The notes under the pieces were generated by a model. The model had not been told where the DNA came from. It made no database searches and worked only from the letters and a program-made list of their open reading frames with translations. Below are positions 36,759 through 51,783 of a stretch of DNA of 64,000 bases, one piece after another. Each line of letters starts with the position of its first letter. Positions within the stretch are counted from its first letter, which is position 1. Position numbers and translations under genes: made by a program. Source of the DNA: Ascidiella aspersa (taxonomy: Eukaryota); the NCBI GenBank assembly GCA_963924565.1, contig OZ004609.1, forward strand, positions 16,182,001-16,246,000. Reading direction: 5' to 3'.

Positions 36759-39474
36759 TATATGCGTTAGAACGGCCGGACGATACAACTGACAATTATG
36801 AAGGAGTCACAAACTGTACGGCTTTAGGTGGTTTACAACATTTCGGTGCTATATTTGGCTGACGTATTAGGTGTTTGTTTAGAGTAAAATCACAATTTAC
36901 CGATGGACTCCGGGCACGTTGTTTAAAAACACCTCCCGTCGTGCGCCAAACTCAGGTATTTTGGTAGTTTTGTACATACTACCTATATGCGAATTGGATG
37001 GCGATTATTGCACGTGTATGTAAGTTGTTAACCTTTCACCAAATAATTCAAAACTTGGGTTAGGGTTAGACGAAGTGTTTTTAACCAATGTTTGCAAAAA
37101 ACTATTTTCTCCAGAGGGTTAAGGGTAACTGTTCGCTAAATCCTTTATATTTGAATATACCTGAGACTAAGCTATTAATTAATTGTCGCTTTGATGGTTT
37201 CGCACTAAACAAAGATAACTATATGGACACTGGAATTTTAGCACAGTAAAGTTACACCCGGAAAGACAAACACTTAAAAAGATAAGGCACTGGCCTAGGC
37301 TAACCCACATAAATCTTTATACAGCACATTGCGACTGAGTGGAAAAAGCACGCTTATCGCTTTTAAACTGACATCCCTAAGTAATGACCTCAATTGCTTG
37401 GTACCGCATCTTGTTTTCAAGAAATGTTTTTGGGATGACAATGTTTGTGTATCGCCGAACAGAAATAGATTCTATATGACGAATGGAAAGAGGTAATTTG
37501 ACCAAAGCCGCCTTTTCACCTTTTACGACTGTTTTATTTTCTGCAATAACCATAGAGCAGATTCGGGGCGTGGCATAGCGCACAGGGTATTAGTCCTTCA
37601 AAAATATCTATTAATGCTGACTAAAATAGAACACGTGATGCGCAAAATCGTTTTTCAAAAGGAAAACAAAATGGTTTAACAGCAATAACCCAGTCGTTGT
37701 GACGTAACAAGGAATAGCATTTGCACTCACGAGTTACTCCCTGTTAGTACAAAGCTATTTACTAAACAGTACAATATTTTGAAAAAAAAGTTACAAATAT
37801 CGTTTTCGATATTGTGAATGTTATGACGATATATTTCATACAGTATAGTCAAATCCCGGACATATAAGCAGATTTTGCCATTTCTTCCCGACGCAGATTT
37901 CAACACTAAATTCCCTGACATGTCAAAGAAAACCCTGACGTATGGCAACCCTAATAGAAGTACAACTGACTATATTTTGAGTTAGATAACTTAAATGTCA
38001 TAACCTCATCATAGACCATTTCTTCAAAGCGAAAATAATTGAAACTTGGTTGCAAAAGTGTGCAATTCCCAATCATTTGTCATTCTCAAAACAGTAAAGC
38101 ATATTCAAAGCTTCCTAAATTGAGGTTCGCAAGTAAACCTACGCCAAGCGTTAAAAGCAGGCTGGCAAAATCTTGCCTGCCTTCTGGTGACAAGCATTTT
38201 CGGCGGAAATTCTTCGGTTTATTGGTCGAGCCGAAAAATTTAAATGATGTGTTGGTCAAAGGAATGTATCAACCTTGCCACGTTTCAAGATTATTAAGAA
38301 GTAAATGAATCAGCAAAAAGTTGCGCAGAAGGCGCAAAATTTTTTGTGACATAAAGAAATACAAATGGGGTATGCTGAAGTACAGCCTGGGGGACTGGGG
38401 GTGCACGTCTGCTTTTCTTACTCTAACAGTGTTACATAGATAAGCTGTTGGGGCGAACGTATGTGCACACATGCAACTTGAAATCAGATTAAATAGCGAG
38501 AAAAAATTCTTAAAATTGGGGGAACATTTTTTTTTAATTGGGAGAAATTTTTAATAAAAAAATAACGGTGTGTTATAATCCAAGTTAATAGAAACTGTTT
38601 GCCAAATGTAGAGTCACACAGTGAAGTGCAACATGCCATAGTATGCATAATACCTCTTGCCTCAATAGATATGGTTCAGAGACACAACCACAGCTAAACG
38701 AGACCAAAGTTTACGCGAAGCGCGAAAATTTTTTGCGTTTACGTAATTAAAACAGCCAAAAATATACTTTAAGCCTTAGATGGAACAGCTTGGCCTAGCA
38801 CATCCCCGTTATGCCCATGCGAATGTCATATCTGTCTATTTAACAGAAATGGCGACTATCATAAATGCTTTTTTAACTCAATAAAGAAGTATTTGCCAAA
38901 TCACGTAAAACTGCAAATACACCACAGTTTTATCGAAATTTAGTACTTTTTAAACTAATAAACAATCTATATGCCAAACTTTTTCAGAATGGCACAACAA
39001 ATTATTTCCTGCCAATTTTAGTGCATAATGCTCCTACATATTCAGCATTTAAAAAAAAATTGGATTGAATATTTGTAGAACAAGCACACGTTTGTTTGGA
39101 AAATCGATCTATCAAAAAAAAAATTAAAAAATATTTTTATTTTTTTATTTTTTATTTTTTTGAAGCAATTTCTTCGGTTTTCTGTCTGATTCTTCGGCCG
39201 ACATAGTCGCCAAGTCGCCAGCTTTCTGCCATACTGGGTAAAAGTATAAATAAAATCTAAAAAAAATTTAGTGACTTTAAAAATGCAAAAAACAATGCAG
39301 AAACATTATTTCTAAATTCTAACTGATTTGTTCTAACAAATAGCCTACTTTTAATGCAGACAATAAAATAATTTTATGTTTAATGCGGTAAAAAGATAGT
39401 GATAATGTTTAGTATGTTTAATAGAGGTCACCAATTAAACGTTCGGGAAGCCATGTTATAATTTAATGACTTAC

Positions 39475-41729
39475 TTGTTAATCTTTCCTTTCTTTGTTGT
39501 GCCAGTGCGAGATAGTTCTATGTTAAGGTCGGGGGCATCTGTCGGGTCAACTCGAGATTGCTTCTTAAGGTATTTGTCGCTGGAATGTCTCTGTACTTTG
39601 TGCAATCCGCTCCATTCGTTTAGGCTATCTTCAGAGCTGTCCTCTGAACCGCAGGACATGTTAGCTCCAGTTAAAACCATAGCATTCGGATTATTAAGAG
39701 TCTTGTAGTGACCTAATGGTAATCCATTATCTTTTTCTCGAGTTAGGGATGCGTGATATGTTCTACGTTCTACGGATAGAAATGGACGTGGTTTATCGCA
39801 TTCCTGGGAAGAGAAACTGCTATGACCACGAAGTTCGACCTGCTTTGGAAGACGCTGAGCACAATCCATGGTCGCTCTTCGGGTCGGTATTTGAGTGTTG
39901 CCCTCAAATAAGAAAAACTCGGGTTGACCTTCTTCACTTTCTGTAACATAATAATATCATTGCTCAAAAAAGTTCAGTATTGTGCTCATAACACTGGTAT
40001 AATAGATACACTCATCTATATCTACCAATGGATGTTTAAAACGCAGAAAACTTACATAACACGTTAAGCAGTAAATTTTAATATTATTACAATGAATTAT
40101 GATGTTTTATTTTCTTATCACATAACCAATTTTCTTACCTATGTTTTTAACAGATAATTTGTGAAAAGGTTGACTTCTAAGACTAGTTGAAGTTTTAATA
40201 GCTTCTGTTTGATTTTCACAAGTGCTTCTGTTAGGTGTAACGGGGCTAATTCGTGAGGTTTTTGCGTTACTAGACTCACAGAAGTTTTCCGATCCGAGTA
40301 ACTTTACACCAGTTTTTTTTTTTCTGTGGTTATTTGAATAGTTTAACTGGCTGGCGGTAGAATTGCGCAGTAATGACTTTGATTTTTGCGTTTCTTCCAA
40401 ACTCACGCTGCGTCGAAAATTAAAAAACAATGATTTTGTAATGGGAAATTTCTTTTTCACTTGGTTTACATTGGGTTCGGTCGAACGACTTGATATTTGT
40501 GGTGTCTTGTCACCATTCCAGCGTTTTTCCTTAGTAGTATGGCAAGGACCGTCGCGTGAACTGGTAACGGCAGTATAGTCGTCTTGACAAGTCTTGCCTT
40601 TTATATCTGCTTCTTGTAAATGGCTTGGTAAACTCTTAGCGGAAGAAATCTTTCGTTTGGTTCCTGGGATAAACAGTTGAGCAAACTTGAAGGGACTGGA
40701 TTGTGTCAAACTTGAAAAACGCTTGTGTCGGCGAACGGAAGTAGAACTTTCTTCGTAGTCTTGAATTTGCTGATCGCTAAGCCAAGTGTTAATTCGCTCT
40801 GTTTCGTCCTGTTGTCCCTGCGTATTAACAGGACGACTTATATCAAGATTTCCGTATAATTGAGTGCTACTGACCTGATTAAATTTTAAAGCACAGTTTT
40901 CAGATTTTACGCTGTCTTCTTGCAAAGACCGATGTCGTGATATTACTGGACTACCTCGTTTTACTATTACTGGGTTGTTTAGTACATCTTCCAGTTCAGT
41001 CGACTCAGAAATAGAGAAATGACCGTGATAGATCTCGCCGTAACTTCTAGACTTGAGCAGCGGTTTGATATGTTCATCTTTAAGTACGACGCGTGCTTTT
41101 TGTTTCCCTGCTGTGTTTGCGTTTTTCGTGAGTTGATTGTTGTGATTTCTTTCCAGCAATGAGCCACGTTGAGTAGAAGGTGCGATTAGCGTCGATCTGC
41201 TTTCCCTGGAAATGTCTTTGAGGCACTCTTGCGTTCGTGACTCACGAAGAAATTGAGGTGATATCGGTTGATCGTTTCGCCGTTGCTTCCAACTACCAGA
41301 TAACCCGTGTTTGTCTGCACCTGGCAAGCACTTCACGTCGTTCCATTCTCTATATTTTACTGTTGACTTTTCTCGGAAATCGTTGATATGACTGCAATGA
41401 CTTCCTGGTCTTACGTCATGGTCGGAATAATGCTGTGCAACCTCGCAGACGCCTGTTACATCATCTTTATTGGATTTTATTTCGTAGTTTCTATTGTTGT
41501 CGCAAACGTTGCTATCAAAATCCGATCCTAGGCTTTCCAGTAAACGGTTTACGTTTGCCAGCACTGCGTCTAACTCTGCTGATTCGTCGTGTGTCTTCTG
41601 CATTGTTTCTGTATCGTCCAACTTCTTTAGGTTGTCGAGCGAAAAGTAGTCACCGGATACCTCTCGTGCTAAATATAAATCCCGGTTTGGCTGTCGCTGT
41701 TGGTGATTTGACGTAGAGCTTTCGCACAT
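39475..41729 (-). CDS. ARHGAP6: ARHGAP6-like alternative N-terminal exons A1 (41729-40139) and A2 (39940-39475)
   Basis: 540-aa and 132-aa low-complexity ORFs joined in phase 1 (KNIG|gtaag ... cag|ESEEGQPEFF); A2 ends AA|gtaagt (phase 2). Confidence 0.7.
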
Positions 41730-44700
41730 GTTTGCTCTATTTATTTTTCTATTTTTTTTATTCCTAACTAAAAAAATAGTATAATAGTTTTACCTCTACC
41801 AATGTGAGGAAAATTGCACGAGTTTTCAAGTTTTACCATAAATGCTTACCTCTTCTTTTATATCGTTGCTTTTCCACAAATACTCTTTAAATATTTAAGG
41901 TATCTGACAAAAAATACTGATGGCAACAACTATCTTGCCAATAATGGCGGCAAAACTGTGCCTAATCCTTAAACCTAAAGCACAGACCATTTTTAATGTA
42001 AGATCGAAAAATCTGTTGAAGAAAACAGGGCAACAATCGATTGATAAAGCATTATTTTTTAACACTGTAAATATCACTAAATTTAACATTGTAAAATACT
42101 AAAATTCACTAAATGAATTCCAATACTCTGCGAAGTCTAAGTTAGGTGATTTGCTGTTCTGGGAGTCATGCAATTTCCGTCCCTTATTAGTGACAGAGAG
42201 AAGAAAAAGCCAAAAAATAAAATAAATATAAATACTTACTATGAAATAGTGAATTAATAGCTGAACGTTAAGTAGTTCATTTACAGGTGCCTCAAGAGAG
42301 ATTCTTAGGTGTGGCGCAGAACTAACCTTTGGAAAATACTCTATTCGTCTTATAAAAAGGCAAGCAGGCAAGCGTGCAAGACATGATGTAGCCTACACTA
42401 CATCTATTATAAAACTAATCATATTATGGTATTTACCGACTGATTTTCCTTGTAATAAGGGCATCTGTTGTTCTATAGTGCGCCGCAATTAGAAAACATT
42501 TGAGAACCAATGTATACGATTGTAACTTAACGAACGGGCAATTTAACTGTATAGCACTTAAAAATGCTCTCTTTCAAACCACCCCAATCATGTTGCACGT
42601 TAAGATAAAAAAAAAAAAAAAACTTTTACAACTAAGTAGAGAGATCTATAACTGAAAGTTTAAAACTGTTATGGAGAACCGTCTGTTTTGCTAATCGCAA
42701 CGAAAACTTTTACATGAATACTACCTAAACACTTTCTAACATGTATAACACGCTTGCTTTTAAAGTACTGCTTTAAGTTTAATTGGTTTGACATTAAAAT
42801 ATATTTCCATCGAAAGGGCAACCCATAAAACTATACGTCGAGAATAACAAAGGTCAGTTATTTTCCAACCGATGGTTCGGCAAACATATCTACAAAAGCG
42901 GACAAATACGTTCTTCTGTTGGATCGTGACATTCCTATTCTAAATTTTTGTCCGAGATCAAGAAAGTTTTGACTCTCAAGCTTCTGGCCGTATTCATAAA
43001 AGCATTTTTTTATTTTTATATTCTAGTGTTAGTTTTTCATATATCCGGCACACTACTTGGCTAAGACAAATTTAGGATAAAAAGCTTTTCTGATAAATTT
43101 TACCATACTGTTTCACTTGCTTAAGATTCAGAACAGTATTCACAATAACAAGGTTTTCAAACCATCAGTAGTAGCAACAAAACGGCTATTTAATACAATT
43201 TTACTTAATCGACAAGGCAAATATGTTAATGTTGTACATGAATAGCTTAAACAAATTAAGACTAAAAGATTAAGGCAACAAATAATTTCATACAAAATCA
43301 CTATTGTGAATGACCAAAAAAGCGAAAATTGTATACTCAGTAATGCAATTTTGAGTATAAGGCCTAAAAAATTATTTACTGCTGTAAAACAGCATTTGGT
43401 GGATGACAACATTACGGATAAACCATTGTGGTAACTGATTTCGCTTGGTGTGTTTCAAGTTTTCATACAGTTTTTGTTCATAAGAGTGTCCATCGATTTT
43501 ATTAATTACATTTCTTAACAAGCCAATAATTATTGATATAATTGAGACTTTCACAGAAGGTTAAAATAATAAAACAATACAATTAGTGGTTGTAGTTACC
43601 AAGAGATTTAAAAATGACCGGTATAAATAAATTTATAAAGTTTTAAATATACCGTTATTCATTGAACAACTAAAGTCGAAGTGAAAACAAATCGATAACA
43701 GACGAGTTTCTGCTATCGACATTTCTTATAACGGTAAAGTAATACGCAGTGCGGATCTTATTTTGAAGGCTTCGTTACACTTTAAAGATAAAATTTGTTT
43801 AGTGTGATAAAAAACGCTTTGGGGGAAACCAAGAAAGCACATGTTTGCGAACAAACATTCTTGCGTAGGTTGGAACTTATAGGTGGAAGGTTTTCTTTGA
43901 CAACTAAGGATGATAACTTGTGATACGTTATAATCCTCCATATTAAAACACTTTAACTAATGCGATTCATTACGTGACCTAATAAATAATAAGTCGGTGA
44001 TATAAGTTACAAGTAATTTCTCGTACAACGCTTACAAAAATTATTTTTATAAAATGCGACCTGATGCATTTAAAGTATACCACGAAGCCTACTCTTATTC
44101 CTACTAGCAGCTTCCGAAAGCTACCGATTTAAGGACAAAGTTTACAACCAGCAACGACCATTTTGGTTTACGAATGTTTTGCCAACTTATGTTTTACAGT
44201 TCGATTGTCGCTATAAATAGCAAACCACACCTCTATATATGGCAATATTCAAAAGCAATGCAAACGAAGTAGCTGGGACATAAGCGTAAGTGAGGCGCGT
44301 TCCTTATGATCACAACATTCTTGTTTAGTTGAAATTGTGTCGTTGCAATTACATAATGAACGTCTGTAAAAGTGTTACATGCACAGATGATCATGAATTT
44401 ACCATGTAACATTTTATAAAAAGTCCTATATTAGCAAACAACAACGCTTTTATGTCGAGCGTTCCAATTAATTTAAACTGATTTGCCAGAATATAGAACG
44501 GTACTCCCTTGCATGGAAGAGAGGACAGTTAGCAATAATCAAAACTGGTACACGTACTTAAAATCACATGTGTTAGAGCAGTATTACAACTTCAAGCCTC
44601 CTCTAATATTTGCTAATTTATTTCTTCTCAGGTGAAACTTAGGTTCAAACAGCACTGAACTTACATTCTATTCACAACAATAACTTAGGGCCCCACGATG

Positions 44701-47700
44701 ATCCTGATGACGTCATATGTCAAAAAAGTAATGTGACGTTTAGCGCCAGTGCGAGGTATGTTTGTAGCAGTTGATTTAGTAGCGGAGTTAACGACTCGAG
44801 AAGTTAAAAAAGATAAGGCATCGTCGCCGCTGCGATTTCCCGCCCGGGTGCGTTAAGGAGAAAGAGTGGGTCCCTCCCAATACCTAGTAACCGATGCGAG
44901 GAATGATGGATTGTATTAAAAAAACTTAACCGCTTCTACATTGCGACGCGAGGCCCAAAAGAGATTCTTGTAGAGTTGTTCGCTGACACAATTATTTTTA
45001 GGGCGAAACAGCTCTTCTTATCATTTCGATCAATAACATAAAAGCAACAAAATCTTCGCTCATAATGATCGTTATGCCACGGATCCGGCAACCTAGAATG
45101 CCAATCGACTGAATAATTCAGTATATGTTGTATGCTAAGGCAGAGTTCCCAAACTATGCATCGCGGCGTACTGGTGCGTCGTTTTAAATTTAAAAGGGCG
45201 GCGCAAAATTATATCGCTTCGTATCTAAACTCAATTGCAGAAATATGCTTTCACATATATTACAAACATCACCTGGCATGCTCATGCTTAATTCTAAATC
45301 ATTATCAAAAAAAATTACATCGATTAATTTTGATTAATGCTACAAACAAACAAATAAATAACAAACAATCGAGATTCCGAACGCTGTTTGAGTCGTAAGT
45401 ATATAAACTTTTCCGAAGGCGTCACAGAAAAAAGTTTGAGAACCAATTCGATAAGACACACGACATTATAGTCACAAAGGTACAATAGGTGAGAAAATCT
45501 AGTTGCCATTTTTTTATGTCAGGGGATAGCAAATAATGACATAAAAAGCCGATCTATTCGTTAGAATGCAACCTGACTAACTAGTTATAAACACTTATAA
45601 ATGAACATCGAATTGTGTCTAGCCTACATTTTGAGCAGTCGTTCTCAACCTTTTTCGATTACGGCACGACACAGAAAAGATAAAAAAAAACTGCCTACCC
45701 TTATTAGCAGTTTTACTAAGTGGCCGTTTACCGGAAATTCTAAGAATAATCGAAATTAAAACAACACACTTAATTGTCACATCAAAGGGAAATATTTCTT
45801 GATTTATTGTCAGACCCCGTTTGTTTACTATAAAACTGATGGCAACTCCAAAAAACATATTACAACAAGAAACAATGAAAAGCACTGGGCAAATATCACA
45901 ATTATAAATTATGCCAACCATATATTCTACACAAGGTCTCAAGTGATTTATTAACTTTAAACTAATAAAGAAGGAAGTTCTGACACTAGTTTAATTTAAA
46001 CAAATTTAAAACTTGTTGTCCATGCCCCTAGACATCACAATAGAATTAGTTTATAATATCAAACGCTGAAACAGGATCTCGGAATTCGTTTTGTTCGTAG
46101 TTCTAATAGTGAATGTATTCCTTACACTTAAAGTAAAGACGTTCTTTTCATCACATCGTGTTATTAGCGACCGGGAGAGGATCCGATCACGAGGTCATGG
46201 TCCAGTCCAAACGACATGTTTGGCATATTTTACCAACATTAACTTTTTTCCATTTATTGAATGTATTTCAACAGAATTATAGGTTGCACAGTTGTCCACG
46301 AGTTAGACAGGGAACAGAATGTTTTAAGTTACTTCGCGTTATGACGTAAGTTTGTGAGGTTATCTGTGAAAATGCTCATACTCCTGAAAACAAATTCCTA
46401 GATTCGTCCTGGAACGTGACAAAGTTTTACGAAACCTAGGAATGACAGCACGACGACGGTCAATGCACGAATTTCACTTTAGTATGTTTGCTGGTGAACC
46501 TGTAAATATCCAGACATCCCATCACAGAAATAAGTTGTACTGGGTGCCATCGCTCAATCATAACATAACTTAACAACACAAGAAAAACTGTGTTTTGTTA
46601 AATTTGTGACTTTTCCCTTCATTTCAAAGGCCAAACACAAAACACGGAAACGATTTAGGCACGATTAAGCGCAAAACATTGTAGCTTCTTATTTAAGTAA
46701 AATAAGCTTTCTAAAGAGAAGACAATAATACGAATTTGACACTAGATCTTCAATTAAAGCGATAAGATGATAAATCTAATTCTAATCTATATTTTAATTG
46801 GCTGATGTGCCTTAGTCCTAATTCTGATATCATTTCTGTTTTTACCAAATATTCTACTTTGTCCACTTGCGTGTTTTTTAGTTTTCAGTCAAAACAGGTT
46901 TTCAACCATTCAGTTGATTATTTGGTCGGACAAGTGACTTATCTTAGTGTATTAATTTTGCCATTCATATAGCGATATTGTGATTACTGATTAGATTAAA
47001 TGTAATTCTAGTTTTAGCAGTTTAATTTCTGTTGACAAATTCGTTAATTCTAATCTAACTTGGTAAAACTGAAAAGTTGTCATTTCTATGCTAATCTTGA
47101 TAAAAAAGCTATAAAATATATAATTGTCCCAGTAGGCAATGAAAGTTTGCTATTTACTTTATAAATAATAGTTCAACCCGCAAAACAATTTTACTAAATT
47201 ATAAAGTTAAGCATAAGTTCCCAGGATTCTCCAACTAACGTAACTAAGATAAGCTCACCTACTTAACTGGCATGCAGTAACATGGATAATGCGGTGTACA
47301 ACGCAATGACAAACAAATAGTGTTTATAGGAATACATATAGTGCATAAAACAGATGGTATGCGAAATTTGCAATAATAATTTACAAACAAAATATTCCCT
47401 GACATGTTGGTAAATACATACTCTATGTTATTACCGTGTTTAACTACGCAAAGATAGGCACTTGAAGGGTTTAATATGTCTTTCCTAACTTGTCAAACAA
47501 GCTCAGCTCGTACCACACACGGTGTTGGCGCTCTATATTTTAGCTACAACTAGCTGCACGTTTAAATACATATTCGTTGAACTAAGTCGAAAAGAATTAG
47601 GGAAATGTACTAGATACATTTTTTGTGCCTCACACAGTTTAAAAAATGTATATAAGAAATAAACTTTTTGAAAACATCAAAGTGTTTTCGCCGACCACAA

Positions 47701-50700
47701 GCAAACAAAGTAGCGTGAATTATTAAACTCAAACTCACCAGTCCGGTTGTCTACGTTATACCAAGAAAGTTGTATTAGAATAACTTACTTCTAACTTGCA
47801 GAATTATTTTATGATATGTAAAAAGCTATTTTCCTCTCTCGAATTGTTTTATATGCGTTTTAGGCTATTTGTTTGTTACCACCTGAATTACACTTATGTG
47901 AAAACCGAAAAGGGTAAAACAAGTTTTACTGTGCTTGTTGTTAAACACCTTAGAAACATTTCTCCTCCTTCGTGCTCAAGCAACATAGTCTAAAAGCTTT
48001 CTATAAAAGTATCATTTGCGAGCTAGCCATTCGTAAAAATGTTTTATCAACGAACCAGTACAAATATTTTCCTTCGGTTAGTAGGTCACAGTGGGCACAC
48101 TCTGCAAACACTCGAATAAAGTGAAATACGGGCATCACTACTTTGTAAATAGTTATCTGTATTCTATGCATAAACACTTAGCTAACAAAAAGCTTTATTA
48201 CACAGCCGACGTTACCAAAACGTATTTCAGGCGTTTCCGTGTGACTTAACTAAGCATAACACAGCAGGAGGTATAGAAGCGAAGGGTTCGCAGCACATTT
48301 GCTGATTTCTCTCAGACCACCTGCGGAGTGAAAAATCCTAATTGATTTCAACGATTTTTTGCAGAGGATAACTCATTACAAAGGCCGCTCGAGGTGGTCT
48401 GTTCTCATTCGGTACGAACGTCTTGTCTACAGCTGGAATTAGGCAACGCGCCTGTATTGCCTGACAGCAAAGCACAACAAGCGCCCTAGCTGCAGTGATT
48501 AATAGGAGCGTTTGACAAGCCTTATCACATTGTAGCAGATCATGTTAACTTTATCACACGTTATTGTTGTTTTACCCCTCGGCTAGCATAATTTTTTAGC
48601 ATAATTCAGACATACCGATGTTGGTTTCTACGTTTTTACGTATAATAAACAATTGACGACCAAGGGGAAATACAATGGTGATTTGTGTAAGAACGAGCTA
48701 CCGCTGTGAATAGTATCGCTACGTGCCACCTCCGTAGATAGAGTTTTCAGGGATTATAATCGGGAAATAGGCTGCCGAAGCACGTTTCGCGCATTTTTCT
48801 GTAATTCATTATTTAGCGAGAGAACACCATTAGTTCAACTCAAGATTAAACACTGCTGCATTTGCTAATCTAACGTTTATACACGTGTCGTACCAGTAAT
48901 GTGGTTAGTAAAACGTAAGTTTACTTAGTTTACACTGAGACCGTTTTCAAACAATGAACAATTTTTTTAGGGCTATTCGTTCTTAAATATGTCGATCATT
49001 GCTACAACTTTTAAACTTCTCCGCTGCTGTATAATTGTCAGGACACACCTAATATTTTGTTTCGCAACTGTTACCATTTGTATACAAAGAACAAGTAGTG
49101 ATGGACTGCGCAGGTAAAAGCAATTACAAATGTGTTCGTGACATTGTATATCTTGTTTAGCAAACGTTAATGGGTATTGCAATGTAATTGTAGCTAAATG
49201 ACGAGATACGCGCTGCAGGGAGCATTTGTTGAAAAAATTCAGTAGCACTGCTATACTAACAAACCCGCTTAGTAGAGCTTTGCCTCATACATAACTGCAA
49301 GTGAGCTTTTTTGACTACATGTGCTAAATTCCGATTGTTGTCACTGATCAGCTGACCTACCACCTGATAACTACGAACCCCGAACTATCTTTACTGAATT
49401 TCATACATGTATAGTACAGCACAGCGCGTATACAGTTTGTTTATAAACGCTGCTTCGGAAGTACCCAGTGCTGCTGAATAGCATTACGTTCCCCCGTCTG
49501 CCGGGAAGCGCGAACCATTTAAAGGGATCACATGTTGCTGTGTATGATTTTGACAGTGTGGGCAAACTTTTGTCAAAAAAAGATTGTTGAATACTGTTGA
49601 ATACTGAAGGATTGATCTCAGTTTACCAAAAGTAGATTTTTATTGCCGATGTGTTGTTATTATTTGTCGGTTTTAGGTAAACAATATTCTCATGTTTGAA
49701 ATAACACGGGTTTTACAGCATAATAGGATTTCGGACTGGTAACAGCACACTTTTGGTAGCGTCAAAACATATTCCAGGGTTGCCATACGTCTAGGTTTTC
49801 CATGACATATCATATAATGTAGTATTGAAAGGAGGGAAAATGTGCTTAAATGTCCGCGATTTTAAATATATATGTAATAATTTCTTGGAACCATTCTAAT
49901 ATAAAGAATTGCAACCATTAATCACCTATTGAGCAACTGGTATGAAAACACCTTCTTCGAGAGGCGGTGTTCCAAGTACAGAAAAATTTCTATTTAATAG
50001 TTTTAAATTATACCTTTATCATTTTCACTTGTTTGGTGTTTTCATTTAAATGATATATGGTTTTGTGTTTTAATATACCGTCTATTTTTACCAAATACGA
50101 TTTAGCTAAAATTAAGGGGGGGTTAAGTCATCAAAATACTGCAATACTTACTTCACAACTTTTTGGAGGCTATTACTCCCTTCAGTGATTTTTCAATTAT
50201 TTAATATTTTGGCGAAATTTTACGCTATACATTTAGAGCTATAGGGATAGTTTGCCAAAAAACGCACCATTACACGTAGAACATGCCATTTTGTAATGTT
50301 ATGTATGTCTATGCCCAAACCATGGTTGCCCAGTCTGAATTCTGTGGCACATGCACACCTGATATTTAAAAAAAAAACTTGTGTGCAATCCTATAGTGCA
50401 CACTTAACTTAAAATATAGTGCATCTATAGTGCACACTTAACAAAAATGTATTATTGTCGTAGGATTGGTAGGATTACTTCCCTCAGGTGTGCAAAAAAC
50501 ACGATTTCACACCATGTACACCTTAAAACTTGGTGCTACAAACCCGAGATATCGTCGTGAAGTGCCATTCAATGCAGTCTGGATGGTTTCCAGCAAAAAA
50601 TGTAGAAAACCCCTGAGTAGAATTACAAACTAGATTTTGCAGAATATATCTAGAATACATATTTGTTATTTTATCTTAAAGTATTCCTCGCTTGTAACCT

Positions 50701-50761
50701 TCCTATTTAAACTATAAGTAGGCCTACTTCCATAATTTATTCGTCTTGACTGGCTTTGTAT

Positions 50762-51007
50762 TAGGGACGTCCGATAATATCGGATGGTAACCGAAAACCG
50801 ATGCCAAGTGATAGTGGTATCGGTACTTGCCCGATACCAGGGTGGTATGGGTGCCGATAAGCTCAACAAATTTTCTTCAAACGCTTCAATGTTTTTTTGC
50901 TTGTTAGAGAATAGTATTGACGTCATTTGCTATCGGATCGCAATAGTTTTTGTCAAAAAAATCGGGTATCGGTTTTCAAATAAACCGTAAATTATCGGAC
51001 ATGTCTA
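50762..51007. mobile_element. MITE with tagggatgtccgata-type inverted ends
   Basis: tagggacgtccgataat ... attatcggacatgtcta; internal ccgatac/gtatcgg repeats; another end (tatcggacatccctag) at ~1218-1233. Confidence 0.7.
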
Positions 51008-51746
51008 CTTCAAATATACAGTAATTAGCTTCTATACATCACACAACTAATATTTTATTTACAGTGTCTCTCGTTAGTCTTCATAAATTTGTTATCCTTA
51101 AATTTGTCTTTTCGTAAACATGCATTTTTGTTTGATTGGATATATAGTAACATATTGTGTTTTTTCTTTAACTAAATGCTTTCAGTGATTTCACGAACTA
51201 ATTTAAAAAAATGAACGCAGTTGCAGTTTGTATTTTCGTTAAGAAATTAAATTGAAAACCCTGTCTGCAACTATACCTTAAATACATAAATATAAAGTGT
51301 TTTTTTGCCACCTTTTTTACTACACAGAAGTTTTCACTGTCGTGAAATGCAAATTTAACTTTAAAAAAAGCACAAATATGTTCTCACTTGTTTTTGCAAG
51401 ACCTTTTATATTTAATATTCTAAATATTTTTGATACGTAGCTATTGTAAAACATTAAAGAATCAAAAAACTACATTTTTAGTTTAAAAAAAATGAGAAAG
51501 CTAGATGAATTCGAAAAAAAATAGATCGAGGTGTAAAAGCTTAGCGCTGGTAACCTTGTCTATGTCATATTTAGGGCGAATATTCTTTGACCTAAAGTAT
51601 GAAAAATTTTGACCTAAAAATATTTGTTTTAACAAGATTTTTACCTAATAAAATACTGTAGCGACACTACACTGACCCGGATTTATCGAAGCGTTATGTT
51701 TGCTTTTTTCTTATTTTTCTCGTGCCTTTTTATCGCCGGTTCTATA

Positions 51747-51783
51747 CACTGATCTCTATAAAACGGTTTTATAGAGATCAGTG
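51747..51783. repeat. Perfect palindrome (18-bp arms, 1-nt loop) within a ctatag-rich element
   Basis: cactgatctctataaaac-g-gttttatagagatcagtg. Confidence 0.85.
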
